DNA of 64,000 nt. Source: Eledone cirrhosa. Lineage: Eukaryota. Under the pieces are notes generated by a model. The model saw only the letters and a list, made by a program, of their open reading frames with translations, was not told the origin of the DNA and did not search any database. Shown here piece after piece: positions 1-11,609 of this stretch (within the stretch, counting starts at the first letter, position 1; every line of letters starts with the position of its first letter). Location: positions 22,568,001 through 22,632,000 of the forward strand of contig OZ024756.1 of the NCBI GenBank assembly GCA_964016885.1. The letters run 5' to 3'. The translations under genes were made by a program, and so were the position numbers.

Positions 1-105
1 TGCATCAGGTTTTGCAATTCTTGCACTTAATTCAGCTTCCGGCCTTCCATCACTCATGATACTTGAACTTCTCCAGCCGCTTCAGTGAAACTCCATTCAC
101 ATGCA
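1..105 (-). mobile_element. RTE-clade LINE reverse transcriptase fragment (decayed)
   Basis: Minus strand reads HVNGVSLKRLEKFKY then, after a frameshift, SDGRPEAELSARIAK, resembling the RTE/Expander V..FKYLG...SDG..E.EI..RI region. Confidence 0.65.
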
Positions 106-234
106 TATAAATTTGAGCGACTTCTGTCCATCCGTCCGTCACGAAATGTGTGTGTCTGTTTGTGTGAATGTATGTGTGTATAAAAGGAAGGGGATACGCA
201 CATATATGTCTCTAACTTAAAAACGATGACACAT

Positions 235-286
<52 letters not shown>

Positions 287-513
287 ATTACCTACTTGTG
301 TGTTGTATGTATTACCTGCTTGTAATGTATGTATATGCACACACGCACACTCATACACGTCAGCGCGTTGAAAAACATCCTAATCTCTTCCTTTCTCCTC
401 TCTCTCTCTCTCTCTCTCTCACTCTCTCTCTCTCTCTCTCTTTGTTTTCTATATATATATATATATATGAAACAAAAACAAAGAGCCCTTACATCATCAA
501 TTAATCTTTATTT

Positions 514-558
514 GCTGCCAGTGTTTCGTCCTTGCATAATTGCAGGACTCATCAGAGC
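514..558 (-). ncRNA. Type I hammerhead ribozyme, U16.1 mutated (PLE-type terminus)
   Basis: gct CTGATGA gtcctgca..tgcaaggac GAAAC act GGC agc, followed by AATAAA; GGC in place of GUC. Confidence 0.75.
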
Positions 559-1159
559 GTTATAAAGAGGAATTAGATCAACAGTATAAACTCTACCGAC
601 CTATATCACAAGAACGATCGATGTGTAGCACAGAGGACTAAGAAGAGTGGGGTGTTTGGACGACGCGTCACCGCTAGTAGCCGATACATATAGGACCAAA
701 ATCAGTTACAATAATTAAAGATAAGGAAAAATAAAAGATAAGGAAATTAAAGATAAGAGATAAAGCGTAAAGGGTAGAGTCTAGAAGTAAAATAAAGATA
801 AAAATAAAAATAAAACATAAAAGATAACAAATGTAGTTGTAGACAGTAAAGGATTTCAGAGGTGACAGTTTAAGAATAATATTAACGAAAGTGAATGACG
901 TAGGCAGAGTAAGATATATCGGGAGCCAGATAAAGCGATCATATAGTGGAATTCCATGTATCCATCACAGTATGGCAACAAATGTTATAGGTGGCGTTCA
1001 AATGCAATTTATCTGTGTGGTTCACAGAACATATAGGCCCCTAAAGCAAAGTGTAGTGGAAGCAGGTGAAAGCAATCATCATGGATATCAGTAGAATATA
1101 ACGTTTGCGTGTGTGTGTTTGCGTGTAAGTCTACATAGACCCACATACATACGCACACA

Positions 1160-1214
<55 letters not shown>

Positions 1215-1412
1215 AAAAAGAGATGAAATCGAAAATGCAACTGGAGTCTTATTTTTTTTTTAAATATATATATTTATTTGGTTCCTTTACCGGTTTCGCA
1301 GTTCTTCTGCTTCGGTTATTTTTCATTTTGTAAAAAAAACCTCACTTTCTAATATATATATATATTAAGTTTCCAGTGTCCACGCTTTGCCTGGATACTT
1401 AGATGAGAATAG

Positions 1413-1493
1413 ACTTCCCGACGACGGAATGCTTCTCCGTATCTTCTTCGGAAAATATATTTATTCCATTCCAGAAACTAATTAGTTGGAAGT
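1413..1493 (+). ncRNA. Hammerhead-like motif with variant core and enlarged stem II
   Basis: acttcc CGACGA c ggaatg..cattcc a GAAAC taatta GTT ggaagt; 6-bp stems I and II, palindromic stem III; core lacks or substitutes U4. Confidence 0.6.
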
Positions 1494-1659
1494 GATATTT
1501 TAGTAAGTAAGTTAATTTTATAATTTTCTTATTTTACGTCTCTCATATTATTGTTCTGAAACCCCATGCATTGAACCACAAAGTTACTAAGACAAAACCT
1601 ATATATTTGCTAGCATTGATATGCATCTGTATGTATATATATGTTACTAGATATTAATT

Positions 1660-1746
<87 letters not shown>

Positions 1747-2040
1747 CATACATACGTGTATCCACGTGTTCCATTCGTCCGTGTTACCCCTTACGATCAC
1801 AATACCATCCACTCCAGTCTCATGTTGGGATTAATACCTCCGCATCATAGCTGTGGGGTTGTGAGTCCATGCAATCCTAAGTTTCTCAGCATACCACGTG
1901 GTGTAACGAATGACTTAAATTATCCGAGTCATACAAGTATAGATGTAACTATAGATATCAACATGTAAGGTATATTCGGCGCATTCACAGTATCGCTTAC
2001 TATATATGTGTGGTGGTGGTGGTGGTGGTGGTGGTTGTGG

Positions 2041-2075
2041 CGACGATATACCGGATGTATTGAAATTTTAATCTT
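2041..2075 (+). ncRNA. 5'-truncated hammerhead remnant
   Basis: CGACGA t atac cggat gtat t GAAA ttttaa TC; stem I 5' strand replaced by a (GGT)n tract. Confidence 0.4.
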
Positions 2076-2253
2076 TTAAAAGAAGTGAATCTTGAAATAT
2101 GCAATAAAATTATTTATGATTAATCATTTGTAACGAAATTGAGTAGATAAATTATGTAATATTCATTCATTATCTCAACTTATTTTCACTAACGGGATTA
2201 AAACATATATTCTGGACGCTTTACCGCACTCCTATATTATTATAGTTAAGATA

Positions 2254-2355
<102 letters not shown>

Positions 2356-2380
2356 ACAGGTAAAATGAATATTTAAGTAT

Positions 2381-2445
2381 AGATTCAGAAGATCCCTAAA
2401 GAGTGAAAGCAGCGATTCTTATCTTGAACTTTAATCTGTACTTAT
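2381..2445 (+). mobile_element. Family B hammerhead element (CAGAAGA core), decayed copy
   Basis: ttcagaagatccctaaagagtgaaagcagcgattctt matches copies at 10.3, 17.7 and 50.5 kb; lies between (TA)n tracts. Confidence 0.65.
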
Positions 2446-2457
2446 AATAAAATAAAT

Positions 2458-2499
<42 letters not shown>

Positions 2500-2501
<2 letters not shown>

Positions 2502-2665
2502 CAAAGGAATTGTGGTAAGGAACCAGATGGACCATAATGCACCAGAGTACTCAATACTTAGAGTAATAGAGTGGGAATAGTAAAAAGTATGACCCCGACG
2601 GCAGAGCTCATGAAATAGCCGTCGAAACGGCTTGAGCTCTGCCGTCGGGGTCAAACTTTTTCCTA
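2500..2665. mobile_element. Family D palindromic element (3' half of hammerhead) in (TA)n
   Basis: gaccccgacggcagagctca..tgagctctgccgtcggggtc inverted repeat; GAAAC ggc..gcc GTC ggg; homologous to 33.9 and 38.8 kb. Confidence 0.7.
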
Positions 2666-2721
2666 TATATATATATATATATATTTGCGTGTATATATGT
2701 ATATATGTGTGTTTGTATACA

Positions 2722-2829
<108 letters not shown>

Positions 2830-2909
2830 CGTGTGTGTGAATGGGTGGGTGTGTGTGTAAGTATTCATGTAAAATTTAAACCGAATTAACAAAGCAAACG
2901 ACACACCAC

Positions 2910-3152
2910 ATTAAAGAAATATACTATATCGTGGTTAAAATGTCTCAGGAAGAATCACTGGACAGATTTTGCGGGCACAACCAAGTGGCAAGAAATAAAT
3001 GGATAGATCTTGAAGAAACTGGTTGGATAACATCCATGAACTGGGCTGGGCTCTTTTAGGGATCCAGCCGGACCAATTGGAGACGGTTGTCTCTGACAAG
3101 ATCCGTCGGAATGCGTGTTTGAGGACTCTGTTACCACGACCCTCTCATGAAG
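2910..3152 (+). mobile_element. RTE LINE 3' fragment followed by (GAAAAA)n/(GAC)n/(GAA)n
   Basis: Nucleotide similarity to 4020-4240 (atgtctcaggaagaatc..ggacagatttt, tctgacaagat..aggactctg..ccacga). Confidence 0.7.
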
Positions 3153-3370
3153 AAGAAAAAGAAAAAGAAAAAGAAAAAGAAAAAGAAAAAGAAAAAGAAA
3201 AAGAAAAAGAAAAAGAAAAAGTAAAAGAAGACAACGACGACGACAACGACGACGACAACGACGACGACGACGACGAAGAAGAAGAAGAAGAAGAAGAAGA
3301 AGAAGAAGAAGAAGAAGAAGAAGAAGAAGAAGAAGAAGAAGAAGAAGAAGAAGAAGAAGAAGAAGAAGAA
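3150..3370. repeat. Compound (GAAAAA)n(GAC)n(GAA)n microsatellite
   Basis: Direct reading. Confidence 0.95.
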
Positions 3371-3799
3371 TTGAAAGTGATGAAATAGAGGTGAATCTAC
3401 TTTGATTTATCTCGTTTCTGTACGATAATAATTTTCGTTTCCATTTTTATTGTTGGTGTTGTTGTTGTTGTTGTTTTTGTTATTGTTACTCTAACAGCAT
3501 TGCCATGGCAGCGAAAGCTAAGCTAATAGGCGTAAATATATAACTGCATCACTAATTGTAGTGATAACATATTTAATTAATTAATAACACTCGTGAACAA
3601 AATAGCAGGGGACTACTTCACTGATCAAATATAAAATAAAGGAGTAGGCGGCAACAATTATCTTAATGACTAAGGAAAATTACCCAGGGACGCCATCTGT
3701 ATATGAAAAAATATTTATCAATATAAAAACCAAATAGTTTATGTAGGAACAGAAAAAATTCTAATTAGTAATGCTTAAGCTGATTTTTTTTCTCTTTCC

Positions 3800-4270
3800 A
3801 TCTTCGATTAGATATTCGTGCTATCGCTTACCTATGATCATGAATCTTGGCTAATGACCGGAAAAATACGATCAAAAATACGAGCGGGCGAAATGTAGTT
3901 TCTCCGAAGAGTCTTTAGAGCAACATTACTCGATAGAGTGTGTAGCTCAGAGATCAGAGAGTTACCTCACGTAGAGCCGCTATTGCTCCGAATTGAGAGA
4001 TCACAGCTCCGATACTATGGCTATGTGGTTATAATGTCTCAAGAAAGAATCGCTGGACAGATTTTCAGGACAAAACCATCCGGCAGGAGACCCAAGGGTA
4101 GACCCCGATCAAGATGGTTGGGTTACATGAGATTGGTTGGTCTCGCTTGAGAATCCAACCGGATCTGTTGAAAACGGTTGCTTCTGACAGGACTCGCTGG
4201 AAGGAGAGTTTAAGGACTCTGCCACCACGAACTGTCCAGGAATAATTGGGCAAAGAAGTAGGATAATAAT
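3800..4270 (+). mobile_element. RTE/Expander LINE 3' end (decayed)
   Basis: LTYDHESWLMT..AGEM*FLRRV..LLDRVCSSEIRELPHVEPLLLRIERSQLRYYG..GRRPKGRPRSRW is the typical RTE C-terminus. Confidence 0.9.
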
Positions 4271-4774
4271 AAGAAGTAGTTTAATTTTGAAAGCAACAAT
4301 AGTTAATCACGAAAAAGCAAGTTGCCAATGTATTGGATCGTCAAGTATGAAATTTGTAGAAATTTGTTGTTTTTTTTTTAGAAATTTCTACAAATTTCAT
4401 AGTTGACGACCCATGGACCATGTCTCTGTATATATATGAAATGCGTGCATCCCAACGCAAATTACTATAAGGATAGTCGAACTCTATAAAAGGAGATGCA
4501 AAAATAGGGTATCTTAGTAAAGTACCCCTGGAAATGGAATAAAAGTGAAGATATACACATGAGAGGAATATATATACACATATATATATATATATATATG
4601 TATATATTTACAGGATGACCAAAAGATATATACACACTTTGATTACCTGGACAGGTATATATATATACAGAGAGATAGAGTGAGAGAGAGAGAGAGACAT
4701 ACACCAGGCAGACAAATAGAAAAATAGAATGCTGGTAAAATGATCTGAAAAATATGATATATATATATATATAT

Positions 4775-4821
<47 letters not shown>

Positions 4822-5149
4822 AGAGAGAGAGAGAGAGAGAGAGATCATGCAAGTAATAAATAATCAGAGAGAGAGAGAGGGGGGGGGGAGATAGCCAATC
4901 AGTTAAATCGATAGATATCTATTCAAAGAGACAAGTCAACATGTAATTGAGCAGGACAGGGACTTAAGCGAGTATTATATATGGTTGACATTGCAGAACA
5001 AAGAACTTTCGTAATGACTGAAGCAGACGACATGTCCTTCTTCTTTTGGTTCGTGATTAGGAAAAACGAATTGGGAGAGAAAAAAGGGGAGATAATTGAA
5101 GATGTAAGCGGAATTACTGTCAGTCTTCAAAGACATTCACCGAGCTAAA

Positions 5150-5575
5150 TAAAGGGATATAGCGAGAGTGGGGAAAGGGGAGAGAGGGATATAGGAAGAC
5201 AGAGAGGGGCGGAGATGGTGACAGAGGAAAAGAGGAGAGACAGTGAAATGTGAAAGAGATAGAGAGAGGGGGGGGTAGAGAAAGGGGAGAAAATTGGAAA
5301 GACGGAGAGAGAGAGAGATAGATAGATAGATAGAGAGAGAGAGAGGGGGAGAGGGGTTGAGAAGAGGGAATGGTAGAGAAAAAGAGAGAGAGATGGAGAG
5401 GGGATGGAGAGAGATGGAAAGAGGAAGAGATAAAGAGACGGAGAGGTTGAGATGGGGGAAGAGAGAAAGAGGAAGAAAGGGTGGGATAGAGATGGAGGGA
5501 GGAAGAGATGGGAAGACAGAGAGGGTGAGATGGGGGAAAGGGAGAGAGAGAATGGGAGGGAGAGAGATGGAGACA
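5150..5575. repeat. GA-rich low-complexity tract
   Basis: Direct reading. Confidence 0.9.
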
Positions 5576-6103
5576 TGAACAAAAGATGGTATTGATGCAG
5601 CTTAATAAATCTAACATTTCTGTACATGATTACCGTGAAATGGCGAGGAAAAGGTGGGGGGGGGGAGAATGATTTCCATAGTTTAGGGATAAAACGGTAG
5701 TTGATGATTATATTGATGATGATGATGTTAATGACAGGATGGTAAAAACAGTTGTTGCTGTGGTTATTGAGATTAGAGTGGGTTTTTGTGGTGGTGGTAG
5801 TGGTGGTGTTGGTGGTGGTGGTGTTGGTGGTAGTGGTGGTGGCGTAGTCGGTGGTATTGCTGGTAGTGGTAGTGGTGGTGGGGTCTGCTGCTGTTGGTCG
5901 CGACATGGATGTATCGGTATGGTTAATGCGGATTAAAGAAAATCTTTTCAAACTGAAGACTTACGAGGTACACACACAAAACAGACACATGCACACACAC
6001 ACACACATACACACTCACACACACACACACACACAATTATATATATATATATATATCACATAAGAAACGGGGAATCAATGTTGCGACGAATAAGATTTAT
6101 TAG

Positions 6104-6196
6104 ACATATTTCAATCGTTTCTCTGGCGACCAGCTCGAGGCACGATCGATGCAATGATCGAACCTGACTCTAAAAATCGCAAGGTCCTCAGATAGG
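6104..6196 (-). ncRNA. Decayed hammerhead with long stem II domain
   Basis: tat CTGAGGA..(~62 nt)..GAAAC gatt GAA ata, then AATAAA; the inner gttcgatc segment resembles the 36.44 kb element. Confidence 0.4.
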
Positions 6197-6309
6197 TCTC
6201 GATTCTACGAAGCAGAGTTTCCAAAAATCTATATTATGCGGGTTGGGGTGCTCACGTCTTTGATTGTAGGCGTAATCAGTGTACATGAATGCTATGGCTT
6301 ATTGGTTTC

Positions 6310-6903
6310 ATGGTGGATTGGCAGTATCGGTAGAGGGTCAGACACCATGCTTTCCAACATAGTTACGTCCCTTTACGATCTGAGTTCAAATCCCGCCGAG
6401 GTTGACTTTGCCTTTCATCCTTACGGGGTCGATAAAATAAAGTACCAGTAATGCACTGGGTTATTGCTGGCCTTGTTCCTAAAGTAGAAACAATTATATA
6501 TGTAGTAGGGCGGTGAATTGGCAGTATCGGTGGAGAGTTGGAAGCCATGCTTTCCAGCATAGTTACGTCCCTTTACGGTCTGAGTTCAAAGCCAGTCAAG
6601 GTTAACTTTGCCTTTCATCCTTATGAGGTCGATAAAATAAAGTACCAGTAATGTACTGGGTAATTTCTGGCCTTATGCTAAAAGTAGAAACAATTATATA
6701 TGTAGAGGGGCAGTGGATTGGCAGTATCAGTAGAGGGTCGGACGCCATGCTTTCTAGCATAGAGTTTCGTCCCTTTATGGACTGAGTTCAAATCCCTCCA
6801 AGGTTAACTTTGCTTGTCTTTGATCCTTACGGGGTCAATAAAATAAAGTACCAGTAATGCACTGGGTAATTTTCTGACCTTGTGCCAAAAGTAGAAACAA
6901 TTA
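6310..6903 (+). mobile_element. Three tandem tRNA-derived SINEs (family 1, Nin-domain-like)
   Basis: A box tggcagtatcggt, B box gagttcaaatcc, core gcctttcatccttacggggtcgataaaataaagtaccag and tail gtagaaacaatta, repeated three times. Confidence 0.9.
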
Positions 6904-6914
6904 TATATATATAT

Positions 6915-6965
<51 letters not shown>

Positions 6966-7217
6966 TGATGCGTCAGGTACATATAATGGCATTGGTATAA
7001 TAATATAAGGTATGACTTTTTATCATATGTGGCTTATGTATGTATAACTTAATATGTAACCGAAATAAAGCTACTGCTTCTTCTCTGCATCTACTACAGC
7101 TTTCTTGAATAACGCATATTCCATGAGTAGCTGTAGGAGGTATAGAATTGGAAAATGGAAGATATATTATATAGAAATATGGATACGTAATTTTTGAATA
7201 TATATATATATATATAT

Positions 7218-7520
7218 ATTATTAAGTGTAATGAAATCTTTTACAATGGAATTAGCTCGAAGGAGGAAATACCCCTGAGCCGTGTATAAACTAATATATA
7301 TGATGAAACACAGATACCAACACATCTGTATTTATATTGCAAAAGAAAATTTAGCCAGAATGAAGTATACTAATTATTATATTACAGTTTGTCCATATCG
7401 ATTTAAAATAATATATATTAATCATATATATTAATCATATATATTAGTTTATACACGACTCAGGGGTATTTCCCCCTTCGAGCTAATTCCATTGTAAAAG
7501 ATTTCGTTACACTTAATAAT
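7218..7520. repeat. Palindromic element in (TA)n (family also at 7.8-7.96 and 40.55-40.73 kb)
   Basis: ~85-bp arms attaagtgtaatgaaatcttttacaatggaattagctcgaagg / ccttcgagctaattccattgtaaaagatttcgttacacttaat. Confidence 0.8.
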
Positions 7521-7955
7521 ATAACTGCTCCTAGTCTGAGCTGAACGTCGCCTCATATATACGACTGTTATTTCTAGCAGTACGGTTATGAGACTAGCTA
7601 GAAACTGTAAACCATGTGCGTTACTCAGTCTTTTAAATTATTTAGAAGTGAAGCATATCAATTTGTCCCTGGATGTTTACTGAGGAGAGCAGGACATGAT
7701 ATTCCTACACTTATTTATCTCGAAACATATTTGGATTTTAAAGTTTAAACTTATCTACGGAACGGGTTTGATTTTGAAATTTAAATGTGTCTAAACATCA
7801 TAGCCATTTGGCAATGCAGTTCGTCTTTGTTGATTTATTATTTTAAATCGATATGGACAAACTGTAATATAATAATTAGTATACTTCATTCTGGCTAAAT
7901 TTTCTTTTGCAATATAAATACAGATGTGTTGGTATCTGTGTTTCATCATATATAT

Positions 7956-7993
<38 letters not shown>

Positions 7994-8148
7994 TTTTCAA
8001 TGGTTGATAATACCTTACCGGCGTCACTCGAGTAAAGTAATTATTTAACCCATAAATGAGGCCCTAACAGATACTACTACTCCGGGACAGAGCACACCTG
8101 AGAGTGATAACAAGCTCCTGCACTCCCGAACTGGAGCCTTGCCACTGG

Positions 8149-8203
<55 letters not shown>

Positions 8204-8242
8204 ATGTGTATGCATGTGCGTGTGTGTCGGTGTATACACGTA

Positions 8243-8279
<37 letters not shown>

Positions 8280-8379
8280 GATAACAAAATATCGTTATTT
8301 AGAACACTGGATTAAACCCTTTACTTCCCTCCGAAGAACATATATTATCTCGAAAATTAAGGATATTCAAATAAATTTA

Positions 8380-8487
8380 AGTTTCTGAAGATCTGATCGA
8401 GCTAACATTGTATTTGAAAATGAGTGGCACTGCTTCTAGTGTTCAGCAATTTTTAGACAACTTTATCAGCGAAACAATTGTTAGACT
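8380..8487 (+). ncRNA. Type I hammerhead with 67-nt loop II
   Basis: agttt CTGAAGA t ctgat..atcag c GAAAC aatt GTT agact; AATAAA follows; palindromic relative at 42.0-42.2 kb. Confidence 0.75.
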
Positions 8488-9204
8488 GTAAATAAATTCC
8501 CTTTTTTTGTACTGTTGACCATGTTATTCTCTACTTTTTCAATTTTATATATATATATATTACTTGTTTTGTTTTGTTTCTTAGATTGGTTTCCTCTATG
8601 TAATATAATTTATAGTTCTCCTCTATAAAAGGCCGAGTTTTTAATGACATTAGAACTTCGACTTAAATATGTTGCATCCATTATTCGAGCTATCTATGTT
8701 CTGCTTTCCACTTCAATCTGAGTAAAATTTTGCCTTTATTTCTTTTAAGGTTTGTGGTCAAGCAATGTAATACAAAAACATTACAAGGTGGGGGATTGTC
8801 GGAAGTATGAAAGCATCGAATACGATGGCCTCCGTTTCCTATTCAAAATCTTTATGTTCTGAGTCCAAATCTTGGCTCCTTTCACCACAAATGAAGTAAC
8901 AAATCTACAAGTTGTTGCCACTGAGTTATAGATTCAGTAATGAAAAGACCAATAGAAACATAATTTCTTTGTTCCCATTAAAGAATCATCCCATTCCTTT
9001 TCTGTTAAATTACATCTGTTTATTTCACTATACTCTGTATAATCGAATATTCTTATTACAAATATCATCATGGGTTGCATGTGCTTTTCTATGTATAATA
9101 CTGATACGTATATTTATAGTAAATAAACAGAGATAGGAGAGGAACACATAAGGATAAATAGATAGATGATAGATATATAGATAGACAGACAGACAGACAG
9201 ACAG

Positions 9205-9245
<41 letters not shown>

Positions 9246-9252
9246 CAGAGAG

Positions 9253-9307
<55 letters not shown>

Positions 9308-9308
<1 letters not shown>

Positions 9309-9433
9309 TATTTCTTTATTAGCCACAGGGGCACAAAAGAAGGGGACAAATACAAAGGGGGAAGTTTACATACAATAAAAGCGTGTAAAATGTTATCACA
9401 AATGGAATTTAAAAAGTTAGTCGATTTTCCCCA
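9308..9433 (-). mobile_element. Tx1/L1-like LINE 3' UTR fragment within (GATA)n
   Basis: Matches 41560-41665 (ttgtatttgtccccttcttttgtgcccctgtggctaataaagaaat). Confidence 0.8.
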
Positions 9434-9827
9434 ATAGATAGATAGATAGATAGATAGAGAGATAGATTCAAAGATATGCGTAATGGCATGTTATGCAATA
9501 CTGTAATGGCGACAGATTTGAATATTCCTTCCGGAATCCGGTAAATTAAGTTAGATGAGGAGATAAGTAGGTTCGGTCAATTAATAATCTGACAAAGTTT
9601 ATGATACCGGATGTTGAATTATAAAACATGGCGGATGGAAGTGACTGTTTGTTGAATTTGCGAAGCTATCTCTCTGTGTATCGTAGCAGCTGTAATGTTA
9701 ACAGGAATATACATCGATACAGCAGCGTTATATATTCCCCGGTATGCATACGCGAAATATACACATATATACATATATATAAGAAGAAATTAAAAGATGG
9801 TTAAAAAAGTTCCATGTATTTTATTAT

Positions 9828-9884
<57 letters not shown>

Positions 9885-9889
<5 letters not shown>

Positions 9890-10195
9890 CATACTATCGT
9901 CGCCACCCCATCTATGGTTCAGCTAACCACCCGACCCCCGGGAATGAATATGACCGCAGCTAGTAAACAAGGACCAACACCCCACCCTCCCGCACCAAAA
10001 TTAGACTTATCGTCCCCTGCTTTTGCTCTTTACTCTCTTTACTCTTTGTTCTTGGGTGTTTGGTTGGTAGAGTCCATAACACCAATCAAACCCCTTTTAT
10101 AGCTCTGATGAATCCTACGGTTACACGTAAGGAAAAAACATTGTTAGCCAATAAAAATCTTTTGATGTTGTAGACGCTCTTGTGTTCTTTTTTTT
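9885..10195 (+). mobile_element. Penelope-like element 3' remnant: endonuclease C-terminus plus decayed hammerhead
   Basis: QLTTRPPGMN resembles the L.T..P.G(L/M)N end of PLE GIY-YIG domains; gct CTGATGA atcctacg..cgtaagga aAAAAC att GTT agc at 10102-10148; AATAAA; flanked by (TA)n. Confidence 0.55.
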
Positions 10196-10299
10196 ATATA
10201 TATATAGTAATAATAATAAATTTGAAGACTAAAATCCAAAGAGGGCTCGATAAGGATAAATATATATTAAATATATAAGAACCGTAGAGCAAATATTTA

Positions 10300-10421
10300 T
10301 TAAGATAACAGATTAAGTTTAAGCAAAGAATCGCTGCTTTCACCCTTAACGGGATCTTCTGAGTTCAGAAGATCCCGTTAAGGGTGAAGGCAGCGATTCT
10401 TTACTTAAACTTAATTTGTTA

Positions 10422-10428
<7 letters not shown>
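10300..10428. mobile_element. Family B head-to-head palindrome with two CAGAAGA-core hammerheads
   Basis: cacccttaacgggatcttctga gt tcagaagatcccgttaagggtg; centre lies immediately 5' of the core. Confidence 0.8.
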
Positions 10429-10465
<37 letters not shown>

Positions 10466-10467
<2 letters not shown>

Positions 10468-10772
10468 ATCAAAAGATGGTTAAAGGAGTTCCATGTATTT
10501 TATTATGCGCATTTCAAAAACAAACATCATCATGCAATAATATTTGTGTTTTCATCAGATAAAACAGGAAGACATGATATGAAGGCTAAAAAACACTTGT
10601 GGATAGTGCAGTTTTAAATCAACTGCACTATCCACAAGTGTTTTTTAGCCTTCATATCATGTTCTCCTGTTTTATCTGATGAAATCACAAATATTATTGC
10701 ATGATGATGTTTGTTTTTGAAATGCGCATAATAAAATACATGGAACTCCTTTAACCATCTTTTGATCTTATA
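10466..10772. mobile_element. Family C near-perfect ~300-bp palindrome with two outward-facing hammerheads (- 10498-10564, + 10670-10736)
   Basis: ttttat CTGATGA aatcacaaat..gtttgttttt GAAA tgcgca TA ataaaa; tail remnant also at 9785-9832. Confidence 0.85.
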
Positions 10773-11315
10773 TATTATGTATACTCCAGTCCTACAAACT
10801 GTAGAGTGCTTCTTATCCGATATCTGCATTGCTTTATTGTACTACAATAAAACTCACCTCCTACATATATATATATATATATGTAACTATGTATAACCAG
10901 ACACAGATTCTCTCTCACGCATATAATATGCGTGTGAGTGTAAATATGTTATACTGCATTCTTACATATATATGTATATGTATACTTGTACATGAATGTG
11001 TGTATGAGTGTGCGGAAGAGAGATGGCGAGAGAGTTAGAGAGAGGTGGGGGGGGGGAGAATCTGTGTCTTTATTTACATATATACATAGTTACGTATGAG
11101 CATCCTTTAAAGTCTGTTTATACACTGGATAAACGGGTAAATTTATCCTGGACTGTTTGGTAGTTATTCACGTCGAAATGCACTCCTCCACACAGACACA
11201 CACACACACACACACACACATGAAGAGAGAAAGCTACAAAAACAACATAAGTAACATAGAAATCGATAGATACATAGGCTAGATGGATTTATACAGAAGA
11301 AAAAAAAATGATATA

Positions 11316-11483
11316 CCTTATTTCTCGGCGTTGAAGACGCTACTATTTTCCTAAAATAAGTCTAAAAAATTTACTATGCGTCCTGGAGGCCGAAGGTTGT
11401 TTATTATCTTTTTTCAAATTTTTCGTTGTCAAAATTAGGGTGCGTTCCCGAGGACGAAGCGTCTTCAGCGCCGGGAAATATGG
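11316..11483. mobile_element. pogo/Tc2-type MITE
   Basis: TIRs ccttatttctcggcgttgaagacgc / gcgtcttcagcgccgggaaatatgg, with TA on both sides. Confidence 0.85.
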
Positions 11484-11609
11484 TACATAGAGGTAGACTT
11501 AGAGATAGAGGAGAAAAAGGTATGTAATCCAGAGAATTCACTGTTATAACGATATGGTAATACAATACGTTATTTGGTGGATTTGTACTCTGATATTGTT
11601 AGATGATTT

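Noticed and set aside
3023-3388. Acidic poly-E/D protein
   Set aside because: RTE 3' fragment running into trinucleotide repeats
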